This document shows, in pieces, positions 37,672 through 49,547 of a DNA stretch of 64,000 nucleotides. The notes under the pieces are model-generated. The model saw nothing but the letters and a program-made list of their open reading frames with translations, ran no database searches and had not been told where the DNA came from. Made by a program: the position numbers and the translations under genes. Positions within the stretch are counted from its first letter, which is position 1; every line of letters starts with the position of its first letter. The DNA is from Zancudomyces culisetae HAW-14-8 (lineage: Eukaryota; Fungi; Kickxellomycota), in contig JBNJNM010000011.1 of the NCBI GenBank assembly GCA_052426225.1, positions 3,596,001-3,660,000 of the forward strand. The letters are read 5' to 3'.

Positions 37672-37694
37672 GGGGGGCGTAATGAGTTAATGTA

Positions 37695-40259
37695 TTAGCG
37701 CTTGAGCTTTGACTTTGGAACAAACTTTGATGTTTTAGACTTGTTGGGCTTGGATGGTTTCTTGCCATTGCTCCTCTTTTTCCGGAACTCCTTGATGCTC
37801 CGCTCTTTCCTGATCTGCTCGGCTGACTTCAACTCACTTCTTGCGTTTGATGCAGAGGCAAAGGCTGGCATGGATGAGCCGGTGTCACGACCACTGTTTT
37901 TGGATTTGAGTTTTTTGAGCTGCTTTTCGTAGTTAATATGGTTCTTATCCAGGACTTTGGCTGGGGTGATTTTTGTATGGATAAACTTGCGCTTACCAGG
38001 GTTATTTACACTGAATGTAGAGTTTATAGGTTTGGCATACATCGAGCTGGAATCGTTAGTTTCTGAGTCACCAATGCTTGGAATTACGCTCTTCGACTTT
38101 TTGAGCCACATATCATATGTACCACTCTTGAACGATGCTGGCAGCTTGAGTCCACTTTCTGAATTTATCAATTTCTTGTTATCAGAACCTACGCCAGTTC
38201 CCTGTTTAAATATCTTCTTCTTTGGATCCCACCGCAGTGAGGATTTCTCCAAATGAGCGCGATGGACTTTAGATAGCTCATCAGAAGCCAATGAGAGCTG
38301 AGAAGCCTGTGCCATCTCTGCAAACGAAGTTCCTTTGGTCAATTCATATCCTTTATCTGCTTTCGATCCCGATTTGGCATATGGAATGTAATAGTCATCG
38401 TCCTTTTCATTGTTACCGTTATAGTTTTTGGCGCTCAGTGATACAAGCGATGCTTGTGTTTGTTCTTTGGATTTAATTTTTTCAACATTACTTTTCTTGA
38501 ACTTTCTTACTATGTCACTCGACAAATCACGAGCCTTGTTCTTTTTTGCCGTGACTTCAAAGACTGTTTCCTTTGCCTTGTACTTTGAAATAGATTTTAT
38601 CATATCTAACCGTGCGCTTTCCAATTCGTCAGAACCAGTTTCATGCGACAGCAATGGGTGTGGATCCTTGAACCCTTCCGTATTGCTAAGGATCTTTGCT
38701 CGCTTGTACGACTCCGGGCTCGCTGACTGTTTGGATTTAGTGTATTGTTTGAGCGAGTTAACGGATACCTTCTTGAGCGATGCTAGTGTAGAGCTTTCAT
38801 TCAGGGCCTTGGCAAGAAATTCGCTTTCAGTAGAGATGTATTCGGCTGGTAACTGTCCCAAAACCAGGTCTGTGGCATAATTATACTCGGTTTTGGAATT
38901 ACCAACAACAAGTGGTCTGTCTAAAAACAGCTGAAGGTCTAGTAAATACGGGAGCTCCTGTGGACTTACCAATGAGTATGCCCAGCCGCGTTTTCCAGCT
39001 CTTGCAACTCTTCCAACTCTATGTATAAACACCTTGCTACTATCTACAAAGTTGCAATTAATTACATATTCAAGAATTGGTATATCCAACCCTCTAGCCG
39101 CGACATCTGTAACAATCAGAACCTGAGTTGATTTCTTTACAAAGCTATGCATCTGCTGTTGTCTGGCTACTTGATCCAACGATCCATAAATATATGAGCA
39201 TCTATAGTTGGCTCTTGTTAACAACTCGTATGTATACTCAACATCGTGTTTTGTTGCCACAAAAACCATCGTTTGGCTGCCTGGTTTTTCTCTAGCTATT
39301 TTCCCCAGGAGGTACATCAACGATGCCTCTTTGTCATTGCTGGTAACCATAAAAAACGACATTTCCAAGTTTTCGCTCATTTTAAGTTCCGCATCCAATC
39401 GAATAAGGCTTGGTTCATCTAGCCCAGCCTTTGCAAATTCCACCAAAGAACTTGGCATTGTTGCTGAAAACATAAGCGTTTGCCTGTTTTTCGGCAATCG
39501 GTATAGCAGTTCGTGCATTTGGAGAGCAAATCCCATCTCAAACAATCTATCGGCCTCATCGAATACCACATACTCCACCATATCAAACTTCAAATTCATT
39601 TCCACCGCCAAATGCAACAAACGTCCCGGTGTTGCTATCACTACATCTGGATTTCCAACCGCAAGCTGGCCGAATTGGCTTTCAATTGAATCTCCTCCCA
39701 CCAACACGGCGGATCTAAGATCAGTAAATTTCGCAAAAATACTAAACTCTTTCTGTATCTGCAAAGCCAACTCTCTGTTTGGTGCTATGATTAATCCTCT
39801 GATTCCTACTTGTACACTGTGTGTTTTGAGTCTATCTATCAACGGGATTATAAAGGAAGCAGTTTTTCCGGAACCTGTCCTTGCCATACCCACTACATCC
39901 TGTCCCTCCAGTATCATAGGTATTGTTTTTCGCTGAATCGGTGTAGGAACCTTGTACCCCTTGTGTTTTATCGCTTTAAATACTGATTCGCTCAAATCCA
40001 TGTTCTGAAATCCACCAGAACCCTTTTTATTTTTACTCTTTTTTATAAAATCCTCTTCCTCCTCACTCTCCTCTTCTGCGTCACTATCCACATCCTTGGT
40101 AAAATCTATCTCCTTTCTAGCATGCTGAGTTTTCTGTGTACTCTGCTTTACCTTGACCAAATTACCACGCTTTGGCTTTGTGAGTTCACGTGGATTACCC
40201 GCTGGCACCAAAAAGCTGGTTATATCTATACCCTCCTCCTCGCTATTATTTCCGCTCAT
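37695..40259 (-). CDS. DBP10: DEAD-box RNA helicase Dbp10/DDX54, intronless
   Basis: GGFQNMDL, PTPIQRKTIP, MARTGSGKT, FDEADRLFEMGF, SAT, HRVGRVARAG, and DBP10CT motifs WDPKKK, SESGLKLPASFKSG, SELKSAEQIRKER. First ATG is 40259; the ORF-track start is TTG. Confidence 0.95.
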   Translation of the reverse strand: MSGNNSEEEGIDITSFLVPAGNPRELTKPKRGNLVKVKQSTQKTQHARKEIDFTKDVDSDAEEESEEEEDFIKKSKNKKGSGGFQNMDLSESVFKAIKHKGYKVPTPIQRKTIPMILEGQDVVGMARTGSGKTASFIIPLIDRLKTHSVQVGIRGLIIAPNRELALQIQKEFSIFAKFTDLRSAVLVGGDSIESQFGQLAVGNPDVVIATPGRLLHLAVEMNLKFDMVEYVVFDEADRLFEMGFALQMHELLYRLPKNRQTLMFSATMPSSLVEFAKAGLDEPSLIRLDAELKMSENLEMSFFMVTSNDKEASLMYLLGKIAREKPGSQTMVFVATKHDVEYTYELLTRANYRCSYIYGSLDQVARQQQMHSFVKKSTQVLIVTDVAARGLDIPILEYVINCNFVDSSKVFIHRVGRVARAGKRGWAYSLVSPQELPYLLDLQLFLDRPLVVGNSKTEYNYATDLVLGQLPAEYISTESEFLAKALNESSTLASLKKVSVNSLKQYTKSKQSASPESYKRAKILSNTEGFKDPHPLLSHETGSDELESARLDMIKSISKYKAKETVFEVTAKKNKARDLSSDIVRKFKKSNVEKIKSKEQTQASLVSLSAKNYNGNNEKDDDYYIPYAKSGSKADKGYELTKGTSFAEMAQASQLSLASDELSKVHRAHLEKSSLRWDPKKKIFKQGTGVGSDNKKLINSESGLKLPASFKSGTYDMWLKKSKSVIPSIGDSETNDSSSMYAKPINSTFSVNNPGKRKFIHTKITPAKVLDKNHINYEKQLKKLKSKNSGRDTGSSMPAFASASNARSELKSAEQIRKERSIKEFRKKRSNGKKPSKPNKSKTSKFVPKSKLKR

Positions 40260-40387
40260 TTCCCTTTGTCTTTGATGGTCCTTATGCTTTGCCAAGAGAA
40301 ACAACTATTGCCTGGAAATAGAATCAAATCAAGGTTTTTTTTTTAATTACAATTCTAGTATTTGACCTTTATTCTCGTGGATATTGT

Positions 40388-40408
40388 AAAAAAAAATTTT
40401 TTTTTTTT
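40388..40408. promoter_or_regulatory. A9-T12 tract (RRPE-like AAAAATTTT core / nucleosome-excluding element) in the DBP10-ATG44 divergent promoter
   Basis: aaaaaaaaatttttttttttt about 130 nt upstream of the DBP10 ATG; similar tracts lie upstream of other growth genes in the window. Confidence 0.4.
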
Positions 40409-40663
40409 CGTGTGACATTTGGGAAGGTTAGATGCTCTCAAGTAAACACAGAACTATTGGCTGATTCATAGTGTCTGGAATCACTTATCTAAACCTAACA
40501 ACTGCCCAGATTTGTTTTCAGATTTTTACATAACGCCATTTGATTTATTTTTGCATTTAAGAACCCAAAATTCTTTCGTTTTCGAAAACGTCAACTCCAT
40601 CATTATACACAATCGGCAATTCTCAATAGCTATACTACTCGGATAGAGCAAAATACGATAAAA

Positions 40664-40891
40664 ATGGGCGCAGCAACACAAATTCTAAGGCTCGGAGCAG
40701 AGATGGTTTTGTTTTCGGGTGCGCTTGCTGGAATAAAGCGGAGTACAGGATATTCAGTCAATACCCAGAAAATCATCTCAGATGATGGCATGCGAAAATA
40801 TCTCGACAATTATCTTGATTTTGGAGAGAAAACTTTCGACTACGCCGTAGATAAAATTAAGAAATGCCCCGACTACTTTGTTAAAAAATAA
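40664..40891 (+). CDS. ATG44: Mitofissin (Atg44/Mdi1, DUF1748) small mitochondrial fission protein
   Basis: 75 aa with the family pattern VLFSGALAGIKRSTG..YLDNYLDFGE..FD..YF; good ATG context (aaaATGg). Confidence 0.75.
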   Translation: MGAATQILRLGAEMVLFSGALAGIKRSTGYSVNTQKIISDDGMRKYLDNYLDFGEKTFDYAVDKIKKCPDYFVKK

Positions 40892-41444
40892 ACTAAAGAA
40901 CAACACATACACACACACACCCTGTTTACCCAACCCTACATGAGGGAAAGTGTGGTACTTTACAACTCAAGGCCGATTGCATTAACAAATCGGTGAGTGT
41001 GGTTGTGAATATTTGCTAATTGGGGACATATCTATTAACATTTTTATAATTAATAGACTTTTTTTAGTATTGGTTTCTTCAGTATACTCTGCTGACTATT
41101 ACTGTTCTACTTGTTTTAGTAATTTTTTTTATAGCATAAATAAACATTCACCCTAAATTCCTGGCATTACCCAACTTGCATTCAGATCATAATGCAAGTT
41201 GAGTGTTGAATTGGATATTTTATTTGCTAGTGTATGTGCACTTCAAGGTTAATACTATCCTCTTTGCACTGATTACGCCCTTACTAAATAGGCAACTAGC
41301 CCTTTATTTTCATTGATAACTGTACTTTAACAAACATGTGTGAGCACTGACAAGGTTGTTATCCGTTTACAATTTATCTAATTTCGTTTCCTCATAAATA
41401 GACGGGTAAAAATTCTAGGAAAAAATATTACAGAATAAAGCAAT

Positions 41445-42629
41445 CTAAAGGTTCCTAGAAAATGTATCTATATACCTGCGAGCGGAGAGTGACTCAGAGC
41501 CATTTTGCTTAGTTATGGTCTCTAGGAGCTGAAGCTCACCCGTCTCAACTTTCCACAACAACCCATGAATTGCCTTTAACTTATTCTTCTCGAGCGCATC
41601 ATGAACATATGGAAGCTGCCTTATTTCATTCATCACCCTAACTACATTAAGCTTGCTAACCAGTTCCACTCTTACTGTCTCGTTTCTTCTTCTTATAGCA
41701 CCTAGATAGAATAGTCATAAGAACGATTTGGTTAAAATGCGGTTAGAATTTCCGGTAGTTAACATATAAAAAAAGGATATAAACACGCCAAATATATAAA
41801 CCTTACGATCAATCAGCCATTTATTTTCGTCATACATCTGTTTAACGGGGTTTAGGTATGACTCTAATGGAATATCCAAATCTTCATTTGTTACCACTGC
41901 TTGAATACCTCCGCATTGTGTGTGTCCTATGATTGTACATGTATACATATATATTTTTTTATTTTGGAATGATGTGATCTAGTATTTTCAAAACCCAATC
42001 AAATTGCAGGTATATATAGTGTACAGCACTACGTATGTGATGAGCGTGCATTACCTGAAACAATAAGCTCTTCAACCTCTAAATACTGGACAGCATACTG
42101 AATTGCAGACGTTATACTTTCGTCTCTGTGGTTAACTTGATTGGCAACATTCTTGAGCGAAAAAAGATAACCCATTTCTATTTGTATAGTGTTATACCTA
42201 TCAATTGCCGATCTTGGGTGAGGGAAGTTAGAGTCTATATCAATTATATTCTTTCAAACTACGCCCTTTGGATATATTATCACATTTACTGTCATTACCT
42301 TTTCCTGCTACCTCGTTTGGAATAAACCTAGAGTCTGAGCAACCTATTTTAATCAGCTGAACATTCTTTAGATAAATTCAACACTCAAATAACACAGCTT
42401 GTGATTTGTAAAAAGATTAACACGCACTTATGAACATAACTTTTGGAGCATGCTCTTTACTCATTGCAGAAAAAAAAGTGTCATTCTCTCTTTGAACCAT
42501 TTCTACCCACTTTCGGTTGTTATCAAGGATTTTATCTAGATGAGTATTAGAAGCACCAGTATCCACACGCTCAGATAAGCTACTGGCTGCTACCACTAAA
42601 ACAAAGATAAATGATATTATAACTAGCAT
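41445..42629 (-). CDS. Beta-class carbonic anhydrase with N-terminal signal peptide; 5 exons
   Basis: ILDNNRKWV, HAPKVMFISCSDSR (Cys ligand, Asp-Arg dyad), KNVANQV, SAIQYAVQYLEV, GHTQCGG (His/Cys ligands), IHGLLWKVETGEL. N-terminus MLVIISFIFVLVVAASS. Confidence 0.88.
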
Positions 42630-44098
42630 AATCAATATATGATCTTGACACTTTTGGCTCACCAAGACTGAAAATACAAAATAGATAAGCGATCGACTTT
42701 ATATGCTAAACTATTTTATCTAGTGCGTGTATATACAACGTTTGTGTGATTAAAAAGTCGAAAAAACCCCTAGTTCGGTGTTATTGTACGTATCTGTATT
42801 ATGGCTATTTTAATCTCTAATATTTGTTTGGACTACAAGTTGTACATAAATTGTTATTAATATTCGGTAATGGCGACTTTGGTATACACGCTGCCAAGTG
42901 CTTTTTATATGAATTGAGCTGACTTTCAAAGGTTGTATTAAGCACATTTTTTAATTCAATGCGCTGCAATATCTTAGAGTTGGACAAAGACATTTTTTGA
43001 TAATAATTGACGCTATAAACAGCAAGCAATCCATACAAAGCCACTTGTGGCACATACACATGTAAACAAGTAGATGAAAAAAAATAAAAACAGTACACCA
43101 CGCACACACATCAAGTTAACGCCGACTAATTTACGTTTATTTGACCATCTAGGTTCAGGCTTTTTTTTATAAGTTGTACTTCACTTTAACATCGTATCAT
43201 ATCTGCTCAGTGGTACTTATTTGGGGGCTACGTGCTCTTCACATTTTCTTATGATAGAGTATTTGATGTACTAATACTATGATATAAATCTGTGGAAAAC
43301 GCTATGTTTGCCGATCATTTAGTCTTTCTGAGTGTTTTATACTGTGCTAATAGAAGCAAACGCTTCAGGCAGATGATGGCGTATTTAGACAACAAACAAA
43401 CTTGTGTTATGTCTTGTGACCAAGGAATCCCCGTTTTTGTGGTTTTTTTATCGCAGTTTGAGGTTACTGTATATCAGTGCTGATATATTTGAGTATATAC
43501 TCGTTGCATTTACACTTTGTCAGTTTGTTTGTTTTTTTTTTAAAAAAAAAAGCTGATAAGCATTGGGAATACGTAAAAATATATAATCATCAAAACAAGA
43601 TCAAACACGTTTATATTCCTTCTAAGAGGGAGAAAGGCTTTGGGTGGTGCAAAACTGATTTGGTTTCATATACACTACTGTACTAGTAACCTTGGCAACG
43701 TTGCTATTTCGCTCATCAAAAATATTTGCACCCGCCTTAATTATTTTTCCTTTTGGAAAGTGGGGCGGGGCGGGGGGCGCAAATTATTTGGCATGATCTC
43801 AAATTCAACGCAAAAGCTCGTGTTGGTATTGATTATTCATATTTTTTTATGCAAGAGCTGCTCCCTAAATATCACCTAAACGTGTGAGAATAATGTATGA
43901 GAAGAGGAGAGGGAAAATGAGAAACTATTAGCAACAAAGAAAACCACATTTGCCTAAAATAAACCACAAAAAAGGCACAGATGTGGGTGTGGATGGTGTA
44001 ACCATTTTATTATATACAACTGTAGTAGCACATAATGATAATTTGCATATAATTAATATTTAACCAAACATAGAATAGAAAATAAGACGTAAATGAAT

Positions 44099-45294
44099 CT
44101 AGTTGTTTTTTGATAGGAATCGTTTGAAATATTCATAAGTAAGCCAGCTGATACCAGTCCCAGGCATGACATAGACAACTCTAGGTATAACACCTCTAAA
44201 TAACCCCTTAACTCCATAAGTCGAGACAATGATTTTGATGGGTTTGATGATTCCACTAACATTTTTAATAGATGAATCGTGGCTGGCTCCTCGAGTTTGT
44301 AGTAAGGTCTTTGCACAGTCAACAGGGTTGGTTATTGCAGCAGCTACTCCGCCTGATAAAGCCCCGGCAGTAACATGGGTAAATGGTGAGTATTTATTGT
44401 CTGGATTCATCGATTTTTTAAAGACATCATATAATCCAAAATGTATTGTTTGGAATGGAAGAGTCATGAGTAGAGTTGTAGGATAAGATACGTAAAATGC
44501 TCTTATTCCCTCCTTTTGTAGTATACTGACACCACATTTAAAGACAGTTTTATATTTTTGTCCGTATGCCTGCATTCGTTGTTTAACCACTAAAACATTC
44601 ACATATTACGATAGCTTTAGATATGTTTTTAATTATAAAGAACATAGAATTGTAAAGCATTATAAATAATTACCATCAAAGGGATTCATCACAAAATCGC
44701 TCACAATTGTTCCAATACCTCCAGCAAGTCCTAAAAAAGTAATATATAAATATTAACATACAGATATATATATAATTGAAACAAAAATACCACCCCCCCC
44801 CGCTAAAATGTGTAATTTTCTACTTGCCTGCAGCAATAGGTTTCATTTTGCTGTCATCAGAACCACCCAACATGGTTTTAGCCTTTTCGTATGATGCAAA
44901 ATAGAGTGCATGTGCTGGTCCTGCACCAATACAGACTGAAGCCACGCCGCGCCACAAAGCCTTGAATCCCTCTGTAGTGCTGATTAGTTTGATTGAATTG
45001 ATCACTCCATCATAGATGACCATCGATTGACCCTTTGAAACGATTTGCATTCTAGTCTAGAGGCAATAAAGGGGTAAAAAATATTGTTATAAAAGCCAAT
45101 TCAAGTTAAAAGTAAGATCCCCTTCCCCCTTGGAAAGGTTGTTTATGAGAATGGCATGCTCTTACCTTTATACTGTCAAAAGGATATACTATAGTATGCT
45201 CCATTATTCCTGCGGCAGCACCTGCTGCGAGATGCATATACATTGGTTCATTCTCTGACAGCTCTTCATAATCAATATCGTTTGAAATTGTCAT
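44099..45294 (-). CDS. MRS4: Mitochondrial iron carrier mitoferrin (Mrs3/4); 4 exons
   Basis: DYEEL..[79 protein letters not shown]; three carrier repeats. Confidence 0.93.
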
Positions 45295-47198
45295 TTTGAA
45301 AAATAAAATTACGGGATTTCTATATACTATTAGTTGTGATTAATTCGTTTATTGCTGCACTACTCGCTTCCAAAGTACGATTTCGTTGTCTTGGTCTTCA
45401 ACGAATAAAAAAGAATTAGTAAAAGAACAAGCGGATATTCTATCAAGATATAAAGATTTTCTATCCCTGTACAAGTCAAAGTGATTGAGTTTTCAATGTT
45501 TTAATTTGTTATTAATTATCGAATATACGATTTTTTTTAGCGGGTTTAAAAAAAAAGGAGGTGCTCCTCTTGGCTAAAAACGATAGTGGATTTGATCACG
45601 GTTCAGGATTTTTTCATGCTTTAATATCGCATTGTTGTATACTTTTGCAGAAAAGCAAGGGGGGAAAATTTTTTTTATTCGTTCGCTGTGTTGGTATTCA
45701 TAAACCTCGTGCCAAAACCACTAGCTCTTTGTAATCACAAATTATCTGCTTATTAATTACATTGTCGAAATCAGATTAGCTCTTTGATAGCCAATTGGCT
45801 GATAAACCAGTGGTGAGGTAAACAGAAAAAAAACCAAAAAAAAAGACTGTATTAGTGACGAATTATACTACTCAGTTTTGGGAACTCCAAAGCCAAAAAA
45901 AAAGATAGCCGAGGACAAAACAGTTAACCCTCCATTCCTCCCCCTCATGCTCACGTTAACTCGAGTACACAATACTTTCTTCAATACTGTTTCACGCCAA
46001 ATTAAAGCGGTCAGCTTGTGTTGCTAAACCCCAATGAATTGGGAGATGAACGCCATCTGATAAAAATTTCAGCTTTTTTGGAAAATAGAGTAATACACCT
46101 GCAATAAAAATATCTTGGTGAGATTGTTCACAGCCATGGGATGCATTTCGGCGAATATGTTTGGTATACACATTGATTTTCAAAAGATGGAAATTAGTAA
46201 TAAAACAAAACTGTATGTCGTTATTAGTGGCATTCCGGTTTTTTCTGGCATTATTCTTTACCTTCGTGCTTGGCTACAGTATATTCTGGTCTTTTCAATA
46301 TTTTTTGATCAAAATAGAATGCAAAAGGAAACATTTCTGTATCAAAAGTTGGAATGTGAAAAAAACACAACGCTTTTCATGTCACTGTTCAATTTCCTGT
46401 GAGTGGAAGGGAAAGGGGGGAGGGAGGTGTTGCTACATACCACAAAACACCTTTTTCATGCAACTATGTACGCAATACAGTAAAAATGGGAATCTATTTA
46501 CATGGCATCACTTAGGCTATTTAATGATAGTGGTGGGTACGATACTAAATATTAAGACCACTTCGATGGAGCACTTATCTCCACACATAGTTACTACTGA
46601 GAAAAATCGGCAGAAGTTAAAACATCGGTGAGAGCCGTAGTGTTTACAAAATACTGCATACTATCTTAGGCCCCTAGTTTGGCTCTATAAAATGTACTAT
46701 GAAGCGGGCTATGGGAAATATCTATGAATATGCGATCTGTGGCGGAAAGTGTTGTTTATGAGGTTCAGGTACCTGGAGCCGTTATTTTACTTTTGCCAAT
46801 GCAACCAACATTTGCGACTGATTTTTAAATAAAGTACGCAAAAAAAAAATTTTTTTTTTCAATGGCAAATATATTTTTTTAATACTGGCAAAAATATCGC
46901 ACAGCTTTAAGCAGATTGTAATGGATTTGGATATTGGCTGGGGGTAATATCCCAATGAAACTGGAGTAGCCGGAATCAATTAGATGAAAAAATAGTAATA
47001 ATTGGATAAAATGGAGTCTAATCCACAATCATGAAATAAAAGCAGAAACCGGTCGAATTGCTAGTAATCAAAACCTTCCCCCAAAATATAGTAATTAGGT
47101 GTATATAGCTAACTTGAAAAATTCAACTGAAGGTATTTCAAAAGACAAAACTTGGGCTAACAAGTAGAATTCAACGGTTAAACAAAATAAACAAAATC

Positions 47199-49192
47199 AT
47201 GGTGACAGCGAGTAAATGTTCTAGAGAGGGATGTGGCATCGAGCAGGTAAAGCTGAAATGCCCAATATGTTTGAAGAATGGTATGGATTCTTTTTATTGC
47301 TCACAAGAGTGCTTTAAATTGGACTGGGGTGTTCACAAAGCAAAACACGCCGCAGCAAACACAGGTAAGTTAAAGCACAGTATTATTTACATTTTATTTT
47401 TGATTGAAGCTGAAATGAACTGCATTTCCAACTTTGAGTAACACAAGGATTACATTTTTTTTTAGTCGCTGAATACGATCCATTTCCAAGATTTAAATAC
47501 ACCGGAGGATTAAGGGCTATATACCCATTATCAGCAAGAAGAAAAGTGCCAGAACACATTCGACCTCCAGATTATCATCTAACAGGTAAGTTATTTTTAT
47601 ACTTGCGGGTTTCTTTGTTATTAGAAAAATCGAAGAGGGAGAAAAAAGGCTCACATCCAGCGAATAGTGGAGGTATTGTGCTGTTAGTAAAAGAAAATGA
47701 ACAATAATTAGGTGTAGCTGTGTCAGAGGAAAAGGCAAGTAGAAGTATTATCAAAGTACTCAACAAGGCAGAGATTGAGGGAATGAGAAAAGTTTGTAGA
47801 GTAAGTTTTTATATCAACATATTTTATAAATGAATTTAATACACATACCAGAGTAGAAGGTGATGGGTAAAAGTGAGAGGAAAAAAGTGACTAATACAAA
47901 CTACTTTTGGGTGTGTGTGCGGTAAATAGCTTGCTAGAGAAGTTTTGGACATAGCAGCAAGAGCCATAAAGCCAGGGATAACTACAGACGAGATCGATGA
48001 AATTGTACACAATGCATGTATCGAACGAAACAGCTATCCATCACCACTTAATTACTATAACTTTCCAAAATCGGTTTGTACATCAGTAAATGAAGTTATA
48101 TGTCACGGAATACCCGACAGAAGAAAGTTGGTGGATGGTGATATTGTAAATATTGATGTTACGCTATATCATAATGGATTCCATGGAGATTTGAACGAAA
48201 CATATGTTGTCGGTGGCAACGTTGATAAAAAGGGAAAGAGATTGATTAATGTTACTAGAGAGTGTATGATGAAAGCCATTGAAACAGGTATGTGAATTAT
48301 TCTACTCTATTCTATTTTATATATTTTTCATTTATTTGGTCTATACTTAAAACTTGGGAAAGCAATAAAGAACAAAGAAAGAAAAGTGAGATATGGGGGG
48401 GGGGGGTAAAATGGAAAGTAGTTGTATTTATATTTATACTTGATGTTTTTCCTTTGAATAGTCAAACCTGGGGCTTTATACAGAGATTTGGGAAACACTA
48501 TCGAGAAACATGCCACCCAACATGGATTTTCAGTTGTTAGAACATATACAGGACATGGTATCCACAGGTAATCCATTACAATATTACAAGATTTATATTA
48601 ACATACCCGTTTTCTCACTATTAATTTTCAAATATCAAGGAAAGAAAAAAATAAAGAAAAAACTAACATATCACTTTTTTTACACGAAAAATTCCAAAAC
48701 AAAAAAATACAAGATTATTCCATTGCCCACCAAATGTTCCACACTATGCGAGTAAGTACATCAGATAGGCTATATAACGTCGTATTAAATAGACTAAATG
48801 GAAAAGTTATGATTTTTAGCACTAACTTTGCGACCAAACTATAAAATGAAAAAAATAAACAAATAAACAAACAAATAATTGATAGAAAACAAGACTGCTG
48901 GAATCATGAAGGCAGGACACGTATTTACCATTGAACCAATGATCAACGAGGGGACTCATAATGATGTTACATGGCCTGACCAGTGGACATCGGCTACACG
49001 TGATGGAAAGCGAAGTGCACAATTTGAGCATACTGTTTTGGTTACAGAGACAGGATACGAGATATTGTAAGATTATTTTGTATTTATTTATTTAGTTAGT
49101 TAGTTACTCTATATTCCTGTGCAGTGCTAAATGTGGTAAATGGTAATTGTTATAGGACGGCAAGACTTGAGGACTCACCACAGTCTATTTAA
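47199..49192 (+). CDS. MAP1: Methionine aminopeptidase 1 (type Ib with N-terminal zinc finger); 8 exons
   Basis: C-x4-[18 protein letters not shown] zinc finger; [55 protein letters not shown]. Confidence 0.95.
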
Positions 49193-49515
49193 GGCATGTT
49201 TAGGTCATTACCAACATAGTTTATTTTTCTGGTATTTACCATTATAATATGTGTTCATTCTTGACTTTATTTTATTGTTGGTATTACAATGACAAAACTT
49301 GAATCAAAATAAAATAATAAACAAGTAAAAGACCTTTTTTCCACCATCATCATCACCATAATCACCATTTCCATCTCTTTTACTACTTTTATTATTTGAT
49401 GTTGGAATATTGCAAAAAGTAAACTGGCACTGAAAAAGTTCAAATTTAAGTGGGAAAAAAAAAATATATAAATATAAAGATATTTGATTATGTATGAAAT
49501 CAAAGTCGAAAACTT

Positions 49516-49547
49516 CAAACCTCAAACCTCAAACCTCAAACCTCAAA
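49516..49547 (+). repeat. (CAAACCT)n heptamer repeat upstream of PEX10
   Basis: caaacctcaaacctcaaacctcaaacctcaaa. Confidence 0.85.

Noticed and set aside
5102-45294. Possible iron/Fe-S gene cluster (RPC34, GRX4, MRS4)
   Set aside because: Spread over 40 kb among unrelated housekeeping genes, with no shared motif seen.
46678-46821. Short frame containing C-C-L-TGA-G (CxxU-like), considered because some early-diverging fungi use selenocysteine
   Set aside because: No resemblance to a selenoprotein family I recognise, no SECIS visible downstream, and the frame is short. Probably chance; Seblastian/SECISearch would settle it.
49516-49547. (TTTGAGG)n as an interstitial telomere
   Set aside because: Only about 4.5 units, not a telomere motif I can confirm for this lineage, and in a repeat-rich zone.
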